A DNA stretch of 64,000 nt from a virus (lineage: Duplodnaviria > Heunggongvirae > Uroviricota > Caudoviricetes), in IMG/VR virus record IMGVR_UViG_3300035696_000002; one strand, given 5' to 3'. Positions 9,221 to 18,400 of the stretch are shown one piece after another. Position 1 is the stretch's first letter. The number at the start of each line of letters is the position of its first letter. Made by a program: the position numbers and the translations under genes. Under the pieces are notes generated by a model, which did not search any database, was not told the DNA's origin, and saw nothing but the letters and a program-made list of their open reading frames with translations.

Positions 9221-9601
9221 ATGTGCACCTATTGCAGAACCGAGCACGATAAATTTCCCGAGGGCGGCTTCTTCATGTTCAAGGGCTGGAAGTTCACCGC
9301 CCCGTTTTTCTGTATGTGCTGCGGGATGTCAATCTGCCACGTACAGTGGGCCTTCGGTCGCTACTGCGGCATCTGCGATACAGGGAAGTGTAATCACCCC
9401 TACAACCATGGTCACCACCACATTTACGCCGGGCCGCATGAATTGATCGACACCACAGAGGCCGTCAAGTACCATTTCTTGGAAGAGCGGATCGTCACGC
9501 TGGAGAAAGAGCCGCCTGAGTACGTGGAGTGGCAGAAAGAATTGAAGCGGCAACGGGACACGCCGCTAAACAACTGGATGATAGATCGGATGGGCCTGTG
9601 A
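9221..9601 (+). CDS. Cys/His-rich hypothetical protein
   Basis: Multiple CxxC. Confidence 0.55.
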   Translation: MCTYCRTEHDKFPEGGFFMFKGWKFTAPFFCMCCGMSICHVQWAFGRYCGICDTGKCNHPYNHGHHHIYAGPHELIDTTEAVKYHFLEERIVTLEKEPPEYVEWQKELKRQRDTPLNNWMIDRMGL

Positions 9602-10215
9602 CACAACCAAGCATACTCGCATTGTGGCTGACCATGGCTCCGAACCAGAAATTCCCGGAGACAGGGCCGCTCATCGACGCTCTCGTTCTTCGCTACCGCG
9701 AGGCCGGGCGGTTCTATCACAACTGGCAGCACATTGAATCCGGGCTCGAAACCTACCGAAAGTTCTTCGATAAAATCGACCGCACGGTGTTTTTCGCATG
9801 GATGTATCACGACGCGGTCTATGATCCGAAGGCCCATGACAACGAGGAGCGGAGTGCGAAGGTTTTCTTGAAGGACAACGCAGTCCTCGGCTTCAACAAC
9901 GAGGATGCTGACAAGATCGCGATGCTGATCCTGTCCACTACGCACACCGGGGAAACCAACGCCGTCACCGACATGGATTTGGCTGGCCTCGGGGCCGACC
10001 CGGCGACGTTCACGGCCAACACCGACCTGATCCGCCGCGAGTACCACTTCGTGGACGAGAACACATGGCGTGCCGGGCGTGCCGCGATCCTGAAACAGTT
10101 CTTGGAACGGGCGAAGGCCGGGACGCTCTACTCATCGTCGGCCTTCATCGGGGCGTTTACCGCTCAGGCCCAGTCCAATTTGGCCCAATCTATCGAAAAA
10201 TTGACCGATAAATAG
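9598..10215 (+). CDS. HD-superfamily metal-dependent phosphohydrolase
   Basis: RFYHNWQHI..YHDAVYDP..DNEERSA..DMDLAGLG..IRREY. Confidence 0.85.
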   Translation: MTQPSILALWLTMAPNQKFPETGPLIDALVLRYREAGRFYHNWQHIESGLETYRKFFDKIDRTVFFAWMYHDAVYDPKAHDNEERSAKVFLKDNAVLGFNNEDADKIAMLILSTTHTGETNAVTDMDLAGLGADPATFTANTDLIRREYHFVDENTWRAGRAAILKQFLERAKAGTLYSSSAFIGAFTAQAQSNLAQSIEKLTDK

Positions 10216-10238
10216 CCCATTTTCAGTAGTTTATCCTC

Positions 10239-10274
10239 TGGACAAAACATCGCTAAACTCCGTATACTTTGAGT
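10239..10274 (+). promoter_or_regulatory. putative sigma70-like promoter, leaderless transcript
   Basis: TGGACA-N18-TATACT-N6-ATG. Confidence 0.6.
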
Positions 10275-10409
10275 ATGAGTTCAGCATGGAGTGCTGGTCA
10301 AAGCCCCGTCAGGCGTGAATCCGACGCATTTGCCAAGTACATGATCGTTGCATGGGCAGTTGTTACCATCGCTGCCGTTGCCTTCCTTGCGTTCATCAAG
10401 TTTCACTGA
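10275..10409 (+). CDS. 44-aa single-TM protein (below ORF-track cutoff)
   Basis: MSSAWSAGQSPVRRESDAFAKYMIVAWAVVTIAAVAFLAFIKFH, directly after promoter. Confidence 0.55.
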   Translation: MSSAWSAGQSPVRRESDAFAKYMIVAWAVVTIAAVAFLAFIKFH

Positions 10410-10421
10410 TATACTGGGGAA

Positions 10422-11399
10422 GTGAGCCGGATTTACTTCCACGAAAACCACAAAGACGGCGGTGCCGAACTTTACGGTGCCGAGCGTCACTACATGGGCG
10501 GCTACGTCGCCGATCTTTTCATTCACGCTCTTGACCTCGACGACGATACTTGGATGCACTGGTCAAGCGACAGCCTCAGCAAAGAGCATCCCATCCGCAG
10601 CATCGTAACGCCGGGGCACTACTCTCTCGCCAGCTACGGTCAGCAATTCATTCGCAGCATCCGCACCGCCATCCATCTCGCACAGGACAACTGCCTGTTG
10701 TACTACGGGACTCCACGACGCGGTATCAAAGCCAGCAATCTCTTGGAGGTCGATGAGAAAACCGATCCCAAGTGGAACCCGGTCACGATTTCAGTTTGGC
10801 TATCGCAATTGAACACCGCCATGGCCGTGGGCTCAGACCCGGTCAAGTTGATGGCACGCCTCCATGGGCAATGTGAAATTCACTGCTTCGTTGAAGGCCC
10901 CAATCGAAAATGGTTGGCTGACATCATTGAGCAGGGCTGCGAGAGCGGGTTACTCCGCTGCGGCGATGATCCGCGTCTTGATGCGGGGTGGTTTCGCGTC
11001 ATGGACATGCTTCGTAAACGCGATGATCGCCCGGTCGTGTGCAGCTACAGTGTGTGTGAACAATTCCCGAATGCCGCCGCCGCGAATTTTCCTCTTCCTC
11101 TCGACGAATACGGCGATCCTGATCCTGATGCGTGGTACAAACTACCGAAGAAAGAGCGATGGGAACTGGCCATGGCTGGTATCCGCAAAACTGGCTGGCT
11201 GGAACTCAAGCCGGAGAACTGGGCCAACTATCGTTTCGGCGACAGCCTCGATGAGGCCCCCACGGCGTGGCTGCTTCATGACTCCGCGATCATGAAACAG
11301 AACGACGAGAACGCCCGGTGCAAAGCACGAATCAAAAAACTGGATTGCGGCATCGAAAATAAGAATAGCGGATTTAGCTTGGGACGTGGTAATGTGTAA
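10422..11399 (+). CDS. hypothetical protein
   Basis: 325-aa ORF; TATACT 6 nt before GTG. Confidence 0.7.
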   Translation: MSRIYFHENHKDGGAELYGAERHYMGGYVADLFIHALDLDDDTWMHWSSDSLSKEHPIRSIVTPGHYSLASYGQQFIRSIRTAIHLAQDNCLLYYGTPRRGIKASNLLEVDEKTDPKWNPVTISVWLSQLNTAMAVGSDPVKLMARLHGQCEIHCFVEGPNRKWLADIIEQGCESGLLRCGDDPRLDAGWFRVMDMLRKRDDRPVVCSYSVCEQFPNAAAANFPLPLDEYGDPDPDAWYKLPKKERWELAMAGIRKTGWLELKPENWANYRFGDSLDEAPTAWLLHDSAIMKQNDENARCKARIKKLDCGIENKNSGFSLGRGNV

Positions 11400-11628
11400 A
11401 CAGTTAACACTCTGGCCTCAGGCTGAGCCGATACGGATCACGGTGATCCAACTCGACGAGCCTGAGATTTATTGCCACATTTGCGACAAGTACTTAGACC
11501 CCGAGAATCACTACTGTTTACCGTGGTACGAGAGTCAAGTTGCGTGGTGGTCTCACTTTTTTGTTTGCGTCTGCAAAGCTTGTCATGACGCACACGAGCC
11601 TCCACCGGGAACTCGGTTTTCGCAGTAA
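11392..11628 (+). CDS. small zinc-binding protein
   Basis: CHIC..CKAC. Confidence 0.5.
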   Translation: MCKQLTLWPQAEPIRITVIQLDEPEIYCHICDKYLDPENHYCLPWYESQVAWWSHFFVCVCKACHDAHEPPPGTRFSQ

Positions 11629-11702
11629 GGTTGTCAAATCCGCCCTGCGGGGCGACAGTCAAGGTGAATAAGGAATTTTTCGTTCCTTAGAAAGGAAGTA
11701 TC

Positions 11703-12884
11703 ATGGGGGTATTCGGCGTGAAACAGGCTGCTACTAAGACCATGCTTGACCCAAGCCGTCGCAGTAATGACGCACAGAGTTTCGAGGCACAGTTGCGACG
11801 CAGGATCGTAGGTCAAGACGAAGCGGTCACAAAGGTCACCGAAATCTACCAAATGTTTCTCGCCGGATTGAACGCTCCCGGACGCCCTGTTGGCAACCTT
11901 CTCTTCCTCGGCCCCACTGGAACGGGCAAGACTCGCGTAGTGGAAGCCATGGCCGAAGCACTCTTCGGCGACGCCCGTGCCTGTATCAAGATTGACTGTG
12001 CTGAATTCCAGCACTCCCACGAAATTGCAAAGCTGATCGGTTCGCCTCCGGGCTATCTCGGACACCGCGAGACTCATCCACTGCTCACGCAGGAAGCATT
12101 GAACCAATGGTTCACTGAGAAACTGAAACTCTCGATCCTGCTCTTCGATGAAATTGAAAAAGCCAGCGACTCGCTCTGGCAATTGCTGCTTGGTATTCTC
12201 GACAAGGCAACACTCACCCTCGGCGACAATCGCCGCGTCGATCTTAGTCAGTGCATTATCATCATGACCAGCAATCTCGGCGGCAGGGAAATGAACGAGG
12301 ACAGCGGCTTGGGTTTTGCTCCGAAAGACACCATCGTCGATCCTTCTTGGGACGCGAAGGTTGATCGTCATTGCGTCGAAGCCGCACGCCGGAAATTCCA
12401 GCCGGAGTTCATGAACCGCATTGACAAGACAGTCGTGTTCAAGACTCTCCGCGACGAACATCTGGCACAGATTCTTGAGATCGAACTCGGCATGGTGCAG
12501 CAACGCATCATCATGGCTGCCGGAACAAACCAGTTCGTGTTCACTTGCACCGATGCGACCAAGGAAGCCCTGCTCAGAGAAGGCACCGACAAAAAGTACG
12601 GAGCCCGTCACTTGAAGCGTGCGATTGAGAAGCGGCTGGTGCATCCGATGTCCAGCCTCGTTGCGACCGGGCAGGTAAAACTCGGCGATTTCATCCGCGT
12701 TGATTACGATCCCCCGGCTGAGGGTGCCACGGAAGGTGAGTACTCTTTCCACAAGGAATCCGAGAACAACTTTGTGGCTCCTACACTCGAACGCTACTAC
12801 GGTTCCCCGGCACGCACCGACCTGAACGGGCCGCGTAAGGTCGCCCCCATCGCCCCGCCAAAGAGTGGAACGGGCATCATCTAA
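11703..12884 (+). CDS. ClpA/ClpB-family ATPase, second AAA module (D2) only
   Basis: IVGQDEAV, GPTGTGKT, LIGSPPGYLG, LLFDEIEKA, MTSNLG, PEFMNRID, YGARHLKRAI. Confidence 0.93.
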   Translation: MGVFGVKQAATKTMLDPSRRSNDAQSFEAQLRRRIVGQDEAVTKVTEIYQMFLAGLNAPGRPVGNLLFLGPTGTGKTRVVEAMAEALFGDARACIKIDCAEFQHSHEIAKLIGSPPGYLGHRETHPLLTQEALNQWFTEKLKLSILLFDEIEKASDSLWQLLLGILDKATLTLGDNRRVDLSQCIIIMTSNLGGREMNEDSGLGFAPKDTIVDPSWDAKVDRHCVEAARRKFQPEFMNRIDKTVVFKTLRDEHLAQILEIELGMVQQRIIMAAGTNQFVFTCTDATKEALLREGTDKKYGARHLKRAIEKRLVHPMSSLVATGQVKLGDFIRVDYDPPAEGATEGEYSFHKESENNFVAPTLERYYGSPARTDLNGPRKVAPIAPPKSGTGII

Positions 12885-12918
12885 ACCTACTTCGGCCCTC
12901 TTAAATGAGGGCCGATTT

Positions 12919-13284
12919 ATGGGATTCTTTAAGACGCAAGGCAGCAAGATTCAGGGATTTCTCGACAAACTTACCAACGACGCACACGTGCCGATTGCTC
13001 TGTTCGTGTTCCTCGTGACCTCTGCCTACCACTTCCACACAGGCAAGGATTTGGGCACCAACTACATCAACAGCCTCTATGCTTTCTACGGCTTCCTGCT
13101 TGGCCATGCTGGCGTTTACCAGAAATGGCCGGATCAGAGTAATAGCGGTGGGGCGTCAGCCGCGTCCACCGATCAATCTCAACAGACCCAGACCGTGGAC
13201 GTGACCGTACAGGCTCCGCCTGCGGCACCAGCCCCGGCCCCTGCGGCGGCTCCGGCGACGGGAAGCAACGGCCCCAAGGGGTAA
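12919..13284 (+). CDS. membrane protein with Ala/Pro-rich tail (holin-like?)
   Basis: Two hydrophobic segments, low-complexity C-terminus. Confidence 0.5.
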   Translation: MGFFKTQGSKIQGFLDKLTNDAHVPIALFVFLVTSAYHFHTGKDLGTNYINSLYAFYGFLLGHAGVYQKWPDQSNSGGASAASTDQSQQTQTVDVTVQAPPAAPAPAPAAAPATGSNGPKG

Positions 13285-13285
13285 A

Positions 13286-13834
13286 ATGGAAGTGTCCTGC
13301 TTCGTAGCCGAACGCCTACAGAAATACCGCCGCGAGCTACGCCGCTTCGTCTGGAGCAGCGAACAGAAATGCCTCGGCCCCTACGGCTACCATACCAGCA
13401 CCACGATCCTTGACACCGTCCCATCTCCACCAGATGAGGACGATCTGGAAGGCACCGGAGTCCGGCCCTTCGTTGCCAACGACGATTCCCGCTGGCCAAA
13501 GACCTGCTCTTGCGGGTACGTCTATCAGGATGCCGATCAGTGGCAGCAAAACCAGCACCGCCTATACCGCGATCCGTCCACAGGCCGGGAGTTCACCCTC
13601 TCCGAGGCCCCGCCCGGTGCCATGTGGTTCGCCGATTGGATGACTTGGACTGGGCCGGACGGCAAGACCCTTGTGGTAATGACGCCGGGCGGCGAATGGT
13701 GCGTGGATGGGCCTTCGAGTAATGGGTCGGGCTGGAAACGCACAGGAACGCCCCCAAACGTCACGGCGACCCCTTCCATCTCCATGCCCCGGTACCATGG
13801 CTGGCTGACGAACGGCAAGCTAATCTCCTGTTAG
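13286..13834 (+). CDS. hypothetical protein, DUF6527-like C-terminus
   Basis: W..TG....TATPSI....YHGWLTNG. Confidence 0.55.
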   Translation: MEVSCFVAERLQKYRRELRRFVWSSEQKCLGPYGYHTSTTILDTVPSPPDEDDLEGTGVRPFVANDDSRWPKTCSCGYVYQDADQWQQNQHRLYRDPSTGREFTLSEAPPGAMWFADWMTWTGPDGKTLVVMTPGGEWCVDGPSSNGSGWKRTGTPPNVTATPSISMPRYHGWLTNGKLISC

Positions 13835-13858
13835 CCAAAAACCCAGTATTATTCGGGT

Positions 13859-14521
13859 ATGTCAACCAGACAGTACATCTCCCAGTTCCCACATTGCGAC
13901 CAACGAATCCTTCACGCTCCCGGCGAGTGTGAATACTGCGACATGCACCCGGAATGGCAAGAACTCCGTGACGCATGGGGCATCAACTACACTGGCGGCA
14001 CCAAGGACAAGACCGATGGCGGCTGGCCGATGCTGCGGTGCCCGTCTGAGGCAGCCCGCCCGCTGGAGACCATCGAACGATGGCCCGGCAACCGGGCCTA
14101 CAAAGCCTGCACGACCTGCAACGACCAAAAGACTATCACGGTGGGGCACCCATTCGAGGGTGAGCAACCCTGCCCGGACTGCAATCAGGACGCTGTCGCC
14201 TGCAAGAAGTGCAACGGCTCCGGCCAAGTCAGTCGCGGCGGCGGTTGGGCCGGATACCCAGATGAGGATTGCCCGGAGTGTTGGGGCCGGGGCTATCTCA
14301 CCCCGATTGGGACGGTCACCCATGCACCTACCACTGCTGAACCTTGGCTTGAAGCGAAACTTACCGAGGATGAAACGCCCGTCATGATCGAACAGGATGG
14401 CTCAGTCCGACCGCTGACTTCACTGGAGGAGGGGGAGGACTTGGTGCAGAAGATTAGGGCTCTGTACAAGGAGTCTCAACGGCTGCTGACTGACCTACGG
14501 AAGAAAGACGCGGAGCGTTAA
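13859..14521 (+). CDS. CxxCxGxG zinc-finger protein
   Basis: CKKCNGSG, CPECWGRG and other CxxC pairs. Confidence 0.65.
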   Translation: MSTRQYISQFPHCDQRILHAPGECEYCDMHPEWQELRDAWGINYTGGTKDKTDGGWPMLRCPSEAARPLETIERWPGNRAYKACTTCNDQKTITVGHPFEGEQPCPDCNQDAVACKKCNGSGQVSRGGGWAGYPDEDCPECWGRGYLTPIGTVTHAPTTAEPWLEAKLTEDETPVMIEQDGSVRPLTSLEEGEDLVQKIRALYKESQRLLTDLRKKDAER

Positions 14522-15044
14522 TCCGCTCCGCAGCCTTCAACTTCACACGCCACTTCTTCAACGTGGTGTTCGCCCGCTTTACCTTCGACTCCCACTTCTC
14601 GACCATCTTCTGAGCCTTAGTTAGCCGGGCCGCACGCCGGGCGGTCAGCTTCTCATCCTTGGTCGGCTCAGGCTTCGCGGCCTTCACCCCAATCGGATAA
14701 TCCTTAGCGTAAGCGTACCGCTCACGCCAGCCTTCGCCCCAGTTGTAACGCACGGCGTTCATGTCGCGGTGCTTCAACCCCTTCGCATGACCCAACTCAT
14801 GGGCGATGACGAGGGCCAAGGCCACAGGGTCTACATTCGTGCGAGGAAGATTGAGCCGCATGCGGACGTTCGGGTTCTGGATCGTCCCGTAGTAGCACCA
14901 GCCTCCGAGCCCGCCGTTGCGACGGTAGTTGATCGTGATGCGTCCGTTGTCCAGTCCACCGGGATTCAGTTCATCCTGAGCAACCCGGTACACCAGCTTC
15001 ATGATCGACCGCGTATCGTAGTGCGTATTGTTGACTATCTTCAT
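14454..15044 (-). CDS. zincin-like metallopeptidase
   Basis: IAHELGHAKGLKH (HExxHxxGxxH). Confidence 0.7.
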   Translation of the reverse strand: MKIVNNTHYDTRSIMKLVYRVAQDELNPGGLDNGRITINYRRNGGLGGWCYYGTIQNPNVRMRLNLPRTNVDPVALALVIAHELGHAKGLKHRDMNAVRYNWGEGWRERYAYAKDYPIGVKAAKPEPTKDEKLTARRAARLTKAQKMVEKWESKVKRANTTLKKWRVKLKAAERINAPRLSSVGQSAAVETPCTEP

Positions 15045-15241
15045 TTAGCCTCCCAGAGTGGTTCTGCCACGTCTTCAACACGTACCTTCCGGTTCCGCTT
15101 CACCAGCTTGCCGCTCTTCTTGCTTCGCTTGGGCGGAGTGAAGTCGCGAACGATTGCCCACTTACGTCCACGCTTGACCAAGACGGCGTGGAACCACCCG
15201 CCATCTCGATCATAGAACCGGATGATCGTCTTGTTCTTCAT
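15041..15241 (-). CDS. small basic protein
   Basis: TATAAT 7 nt upstream; overlaps next gene start. Confidence 0.55.
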   Translation of the reverse strand: MKNKTIIRFYDRDGGWFHAVLVKRGRKWAIVRDFTPPKRSKKSGKLVKRNRKVRVEDVAEPLWEAK

Positions 15242-15419
15242 ACTTACTATTATAGACGGGGTGTTTTTGCGGACGTGCGTTTTAGGCCCTATTCATGCGG
15301 GTTGGACGCACTAAGGCTTTTATTTTCAGAAGTGAAATATTTTTGTTGACAGAAAATTTCGACAAAAACACAGTTGCACAGGAATGTGCAATTTAGGAAA
15401 GTTGTACGGAAGTGTGCAA

Positions 15420-18400
15420 CTACTGATATCTCTCTTCTGCCTCTACCAAAGAATACGTTTCGTACCCGTGGGCGGGAGAGTGCCACTCAACATCTACTCG
15501 TGCGGTATCCACAGCGAGGAGACGGACAAAAGCACCAAGCCTACGTTGAGCATCGGCCTGAGAGAAGAATTCAAAGATAGCAACTTTACCGCCAGTTGTC
15601 ACCTTCAACCCCGCCGATTCTGCGTTATAGCGAACGTAACCAGCCCGCATCGCGAACAACTCCGCACCTTCGTAGCCGCCCAGACCTTTGGACTGCCCAC
15701 CGCCGCGAAACTTTCCTTTGCTCTTGAAACCGAGAGCACGGGCTATTTCAGCGTGCGTCCCATTCACTGGAATATTTTTCCCGTCTGGTGTGATCCAGCC
15801 CCGACCGTGGAGCGGGTAAGACAACGCTGTTGGGGTTATCGGCTGGGTCGCCGTTCCCGCCGCAGCCGCCGTAATACCGGGGTTCTTCGGATCGAACGCA
15901 CCCGTATTGCCCGTCGCAGACTTGATCTGGGTCGGTTCGAACACAACGTAGTTGAGTGAGGCATCCAATCCGCCGCGTCCGTACATTTTTTCGGCACGGG
16001 CCGCGTAGTCTTCATCGCTCTGACCAACAAATTGAAGCTCGCCGCCCTCGACGGTGATGTAGCCATCGTAGCCAGCAGACTTAATGTCGTTCACGAGGTT
16101 GATGCCAAGCTGTTCATCGGTGGACACAGACTCCATGCCCTCTACGAACGCCCATTTGCCTTCGCGGAACAGTTTGTAGATGTGCTTTGGATCATACCCC
16201 TGTAGTTTCGCCGTATGCTTGCGGAGCCATTCACGCACCCAGCGACGCGAGGCTGGATCACGGAAATCAAGCGGGTTTTCCATCTTCAGGTAAACCGCTT
16301 TGACGTTGCCGCCTTCGCGATCCTTCCCGCCCGGATCGTAACTGTAGGTGAACTGCTCCGTGTACATCGGATTCGAGGCGAAAAAGAATCCGGGCCGGAG
16401 TGTAAGCTCCGTAGTCTTCGGACGATCAGCTTCAACCTTGTCCTTGGCCTGTTGGAGGGTGCCGAACTCGCCGCCGTCCGGGAAGAGCTTGAACTTTCCT
16501 TCCTGTTCGACGATTACGGCCTGCGTGCGGCCCTCACCCTGACCCACGGCACCCTTGCCGCCATCAAAGTCGCTCCACTTCCAGTACAGCGGACGTTCCA
16601 AGCTGAATGCATCGAAGTCTCGCGGCGATCCATGGTAAACCACCTGCGGATTGCCGTTCGCATCCACAACTTTGGAATTACCGAACCACGCTTTGAACTG
16701 CGGAGTGTCCGTCACCCTTTGTGGAGCCCGAGCCGGACTGGCTGCCGTGTGCACATCCTCTTCAGTCGAGGAGATCAGCTTCACGACCTTTGCTTTGCGT
16801 GCCCGATACTCGAACAACGTGTGCTCGCCGCCCTTGGCCTTACCGCTCCAGTAACCCTGAGCAAGGCGGGCAGCCTCCGGGTCATCTATGCTGTCCCAGA
16901 TGTACGTTGACAACTCGGAGTACCAATCCATGTCGTTCTTCTCGACCTTGCCGATAGGTTCGACGGCGTAGACGTAGTCTTCGTAGCCGCCCGCATAGTC
17001 GATCAGAGCCGGATCATCCACCATATAGACGCTATCCTTGCGAGGCAGGGCACCTTTCGGGCGATGCAGTTCTACGATGTCTTCAGTCAACTCGACATCG
17101 GGTTCTGGGGCGGTCACATACCCGCCCGGCTGGGGCGTAAGGGTGTCGCCCGGCTGGAATTTCTTCCGGCTGCCGTGGTACAGAACCGTCTTCGCTGTCT
17201 TTACCGATCCGTAGTGTGGGTCGTACTCTTTATCAACCTCATCCCTCGTCAGAACCGCACCAAAGTAAGCATCCCGCTTCACGGTAGTCTCGATGAGCGT
17301 CCCCTTCGGGGTGACGAGCCATGAGTGTGGACGCCAGAGTCCATCCGGGGACAGAGCGAATCCGTTCGCAACTTCTCCAATGCCCTTCTCCATGAGGCAG
17401 CGACTATTTCCGTGGCACTGGTTGTTCCGCATCTTCTGGAGCTTCGATCTTCCCTTCCAGTACCGACCGCGAGTGAGCAACCGCTGCACTTCGTCAGGTG
17501 GGTTGATCTGACCTCCGATCAAAACTTCGAAGCCGCCATAACCGAGTATCTTGTCCCGCAACTTGACCAAGTCGGGACGAGTCCGCAACTCAGGCTCGTT
17601 CATCTCCTCAAGCCGCTGCTGCCATTCCTTATCCACTGCAAGATCGGCAGCAGACTTGGGATTGGGGTCTACCGACGCATACTTGCTGTTCACATTGAAG
17701 ATTTTGTCGGTGAACTGGTAGCTCTTCAGCTTCGGGTATTTCGCCTTGATGCTCGTGACGATGGAGTTCGGTGCGTGCACGCCGTAGGACTGCATTTCAA
17801 CGGTGTTTTCATCTGGGTCGATGACAGCATACCCACGAAGAAGCTTGCTATCGTTCGGAATTCCCAACTCTTCTGCCCAACTGTCGTGGCTCCACGCGAT
17901 TTCCTGATCTTCGATGTAATCTTTGCCGCCACGGGACATCCAAATCAGGTAATTGCTCGCCGGAACGCGGGCAGCCGTTTTCTCCTGATCTTTTCCAAGG
18001 GCCTTGCGGATAATGTTCCCGGAGTTCTGGAACAGTTTCAGGAGGCCGGGGTGGTACTTGCTGGAATTCGTCCCGATGTCCTCCATGACAGTCTCGTAAG
18101 GCACCCAGTTCAAAGACGCGGTCTCGTCCTTGTGCTCCAGATCGTGTGTGCCGCCCGGCTGCGGGTTAAGGCCGAACTCCTGCGACACCACGCCGATGAA
18201 GTTGTGATAGTTGAACCCACCGAAGCCGGAATAGGTGAAGGCCGGGATCAAATTGATGCCGCCAGTGTACCCGGTCTCCTCGGCAAGTTCCTTCTTGGCA
18301 CTCTCAGCCGGGCCAAGGCCTTCTTGCAGGGCACCGCCGATTGTGCTGTACACGTTCGGGTGATCGACGTAGTTGGAACGCATGGCAAGGCAGATGGTGC

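Noticed and set aside
11634-12947. 437-aa - strand ORF
   Set aside because: Antisense shadow of the Clp ATPase gene; no motifs of its own.
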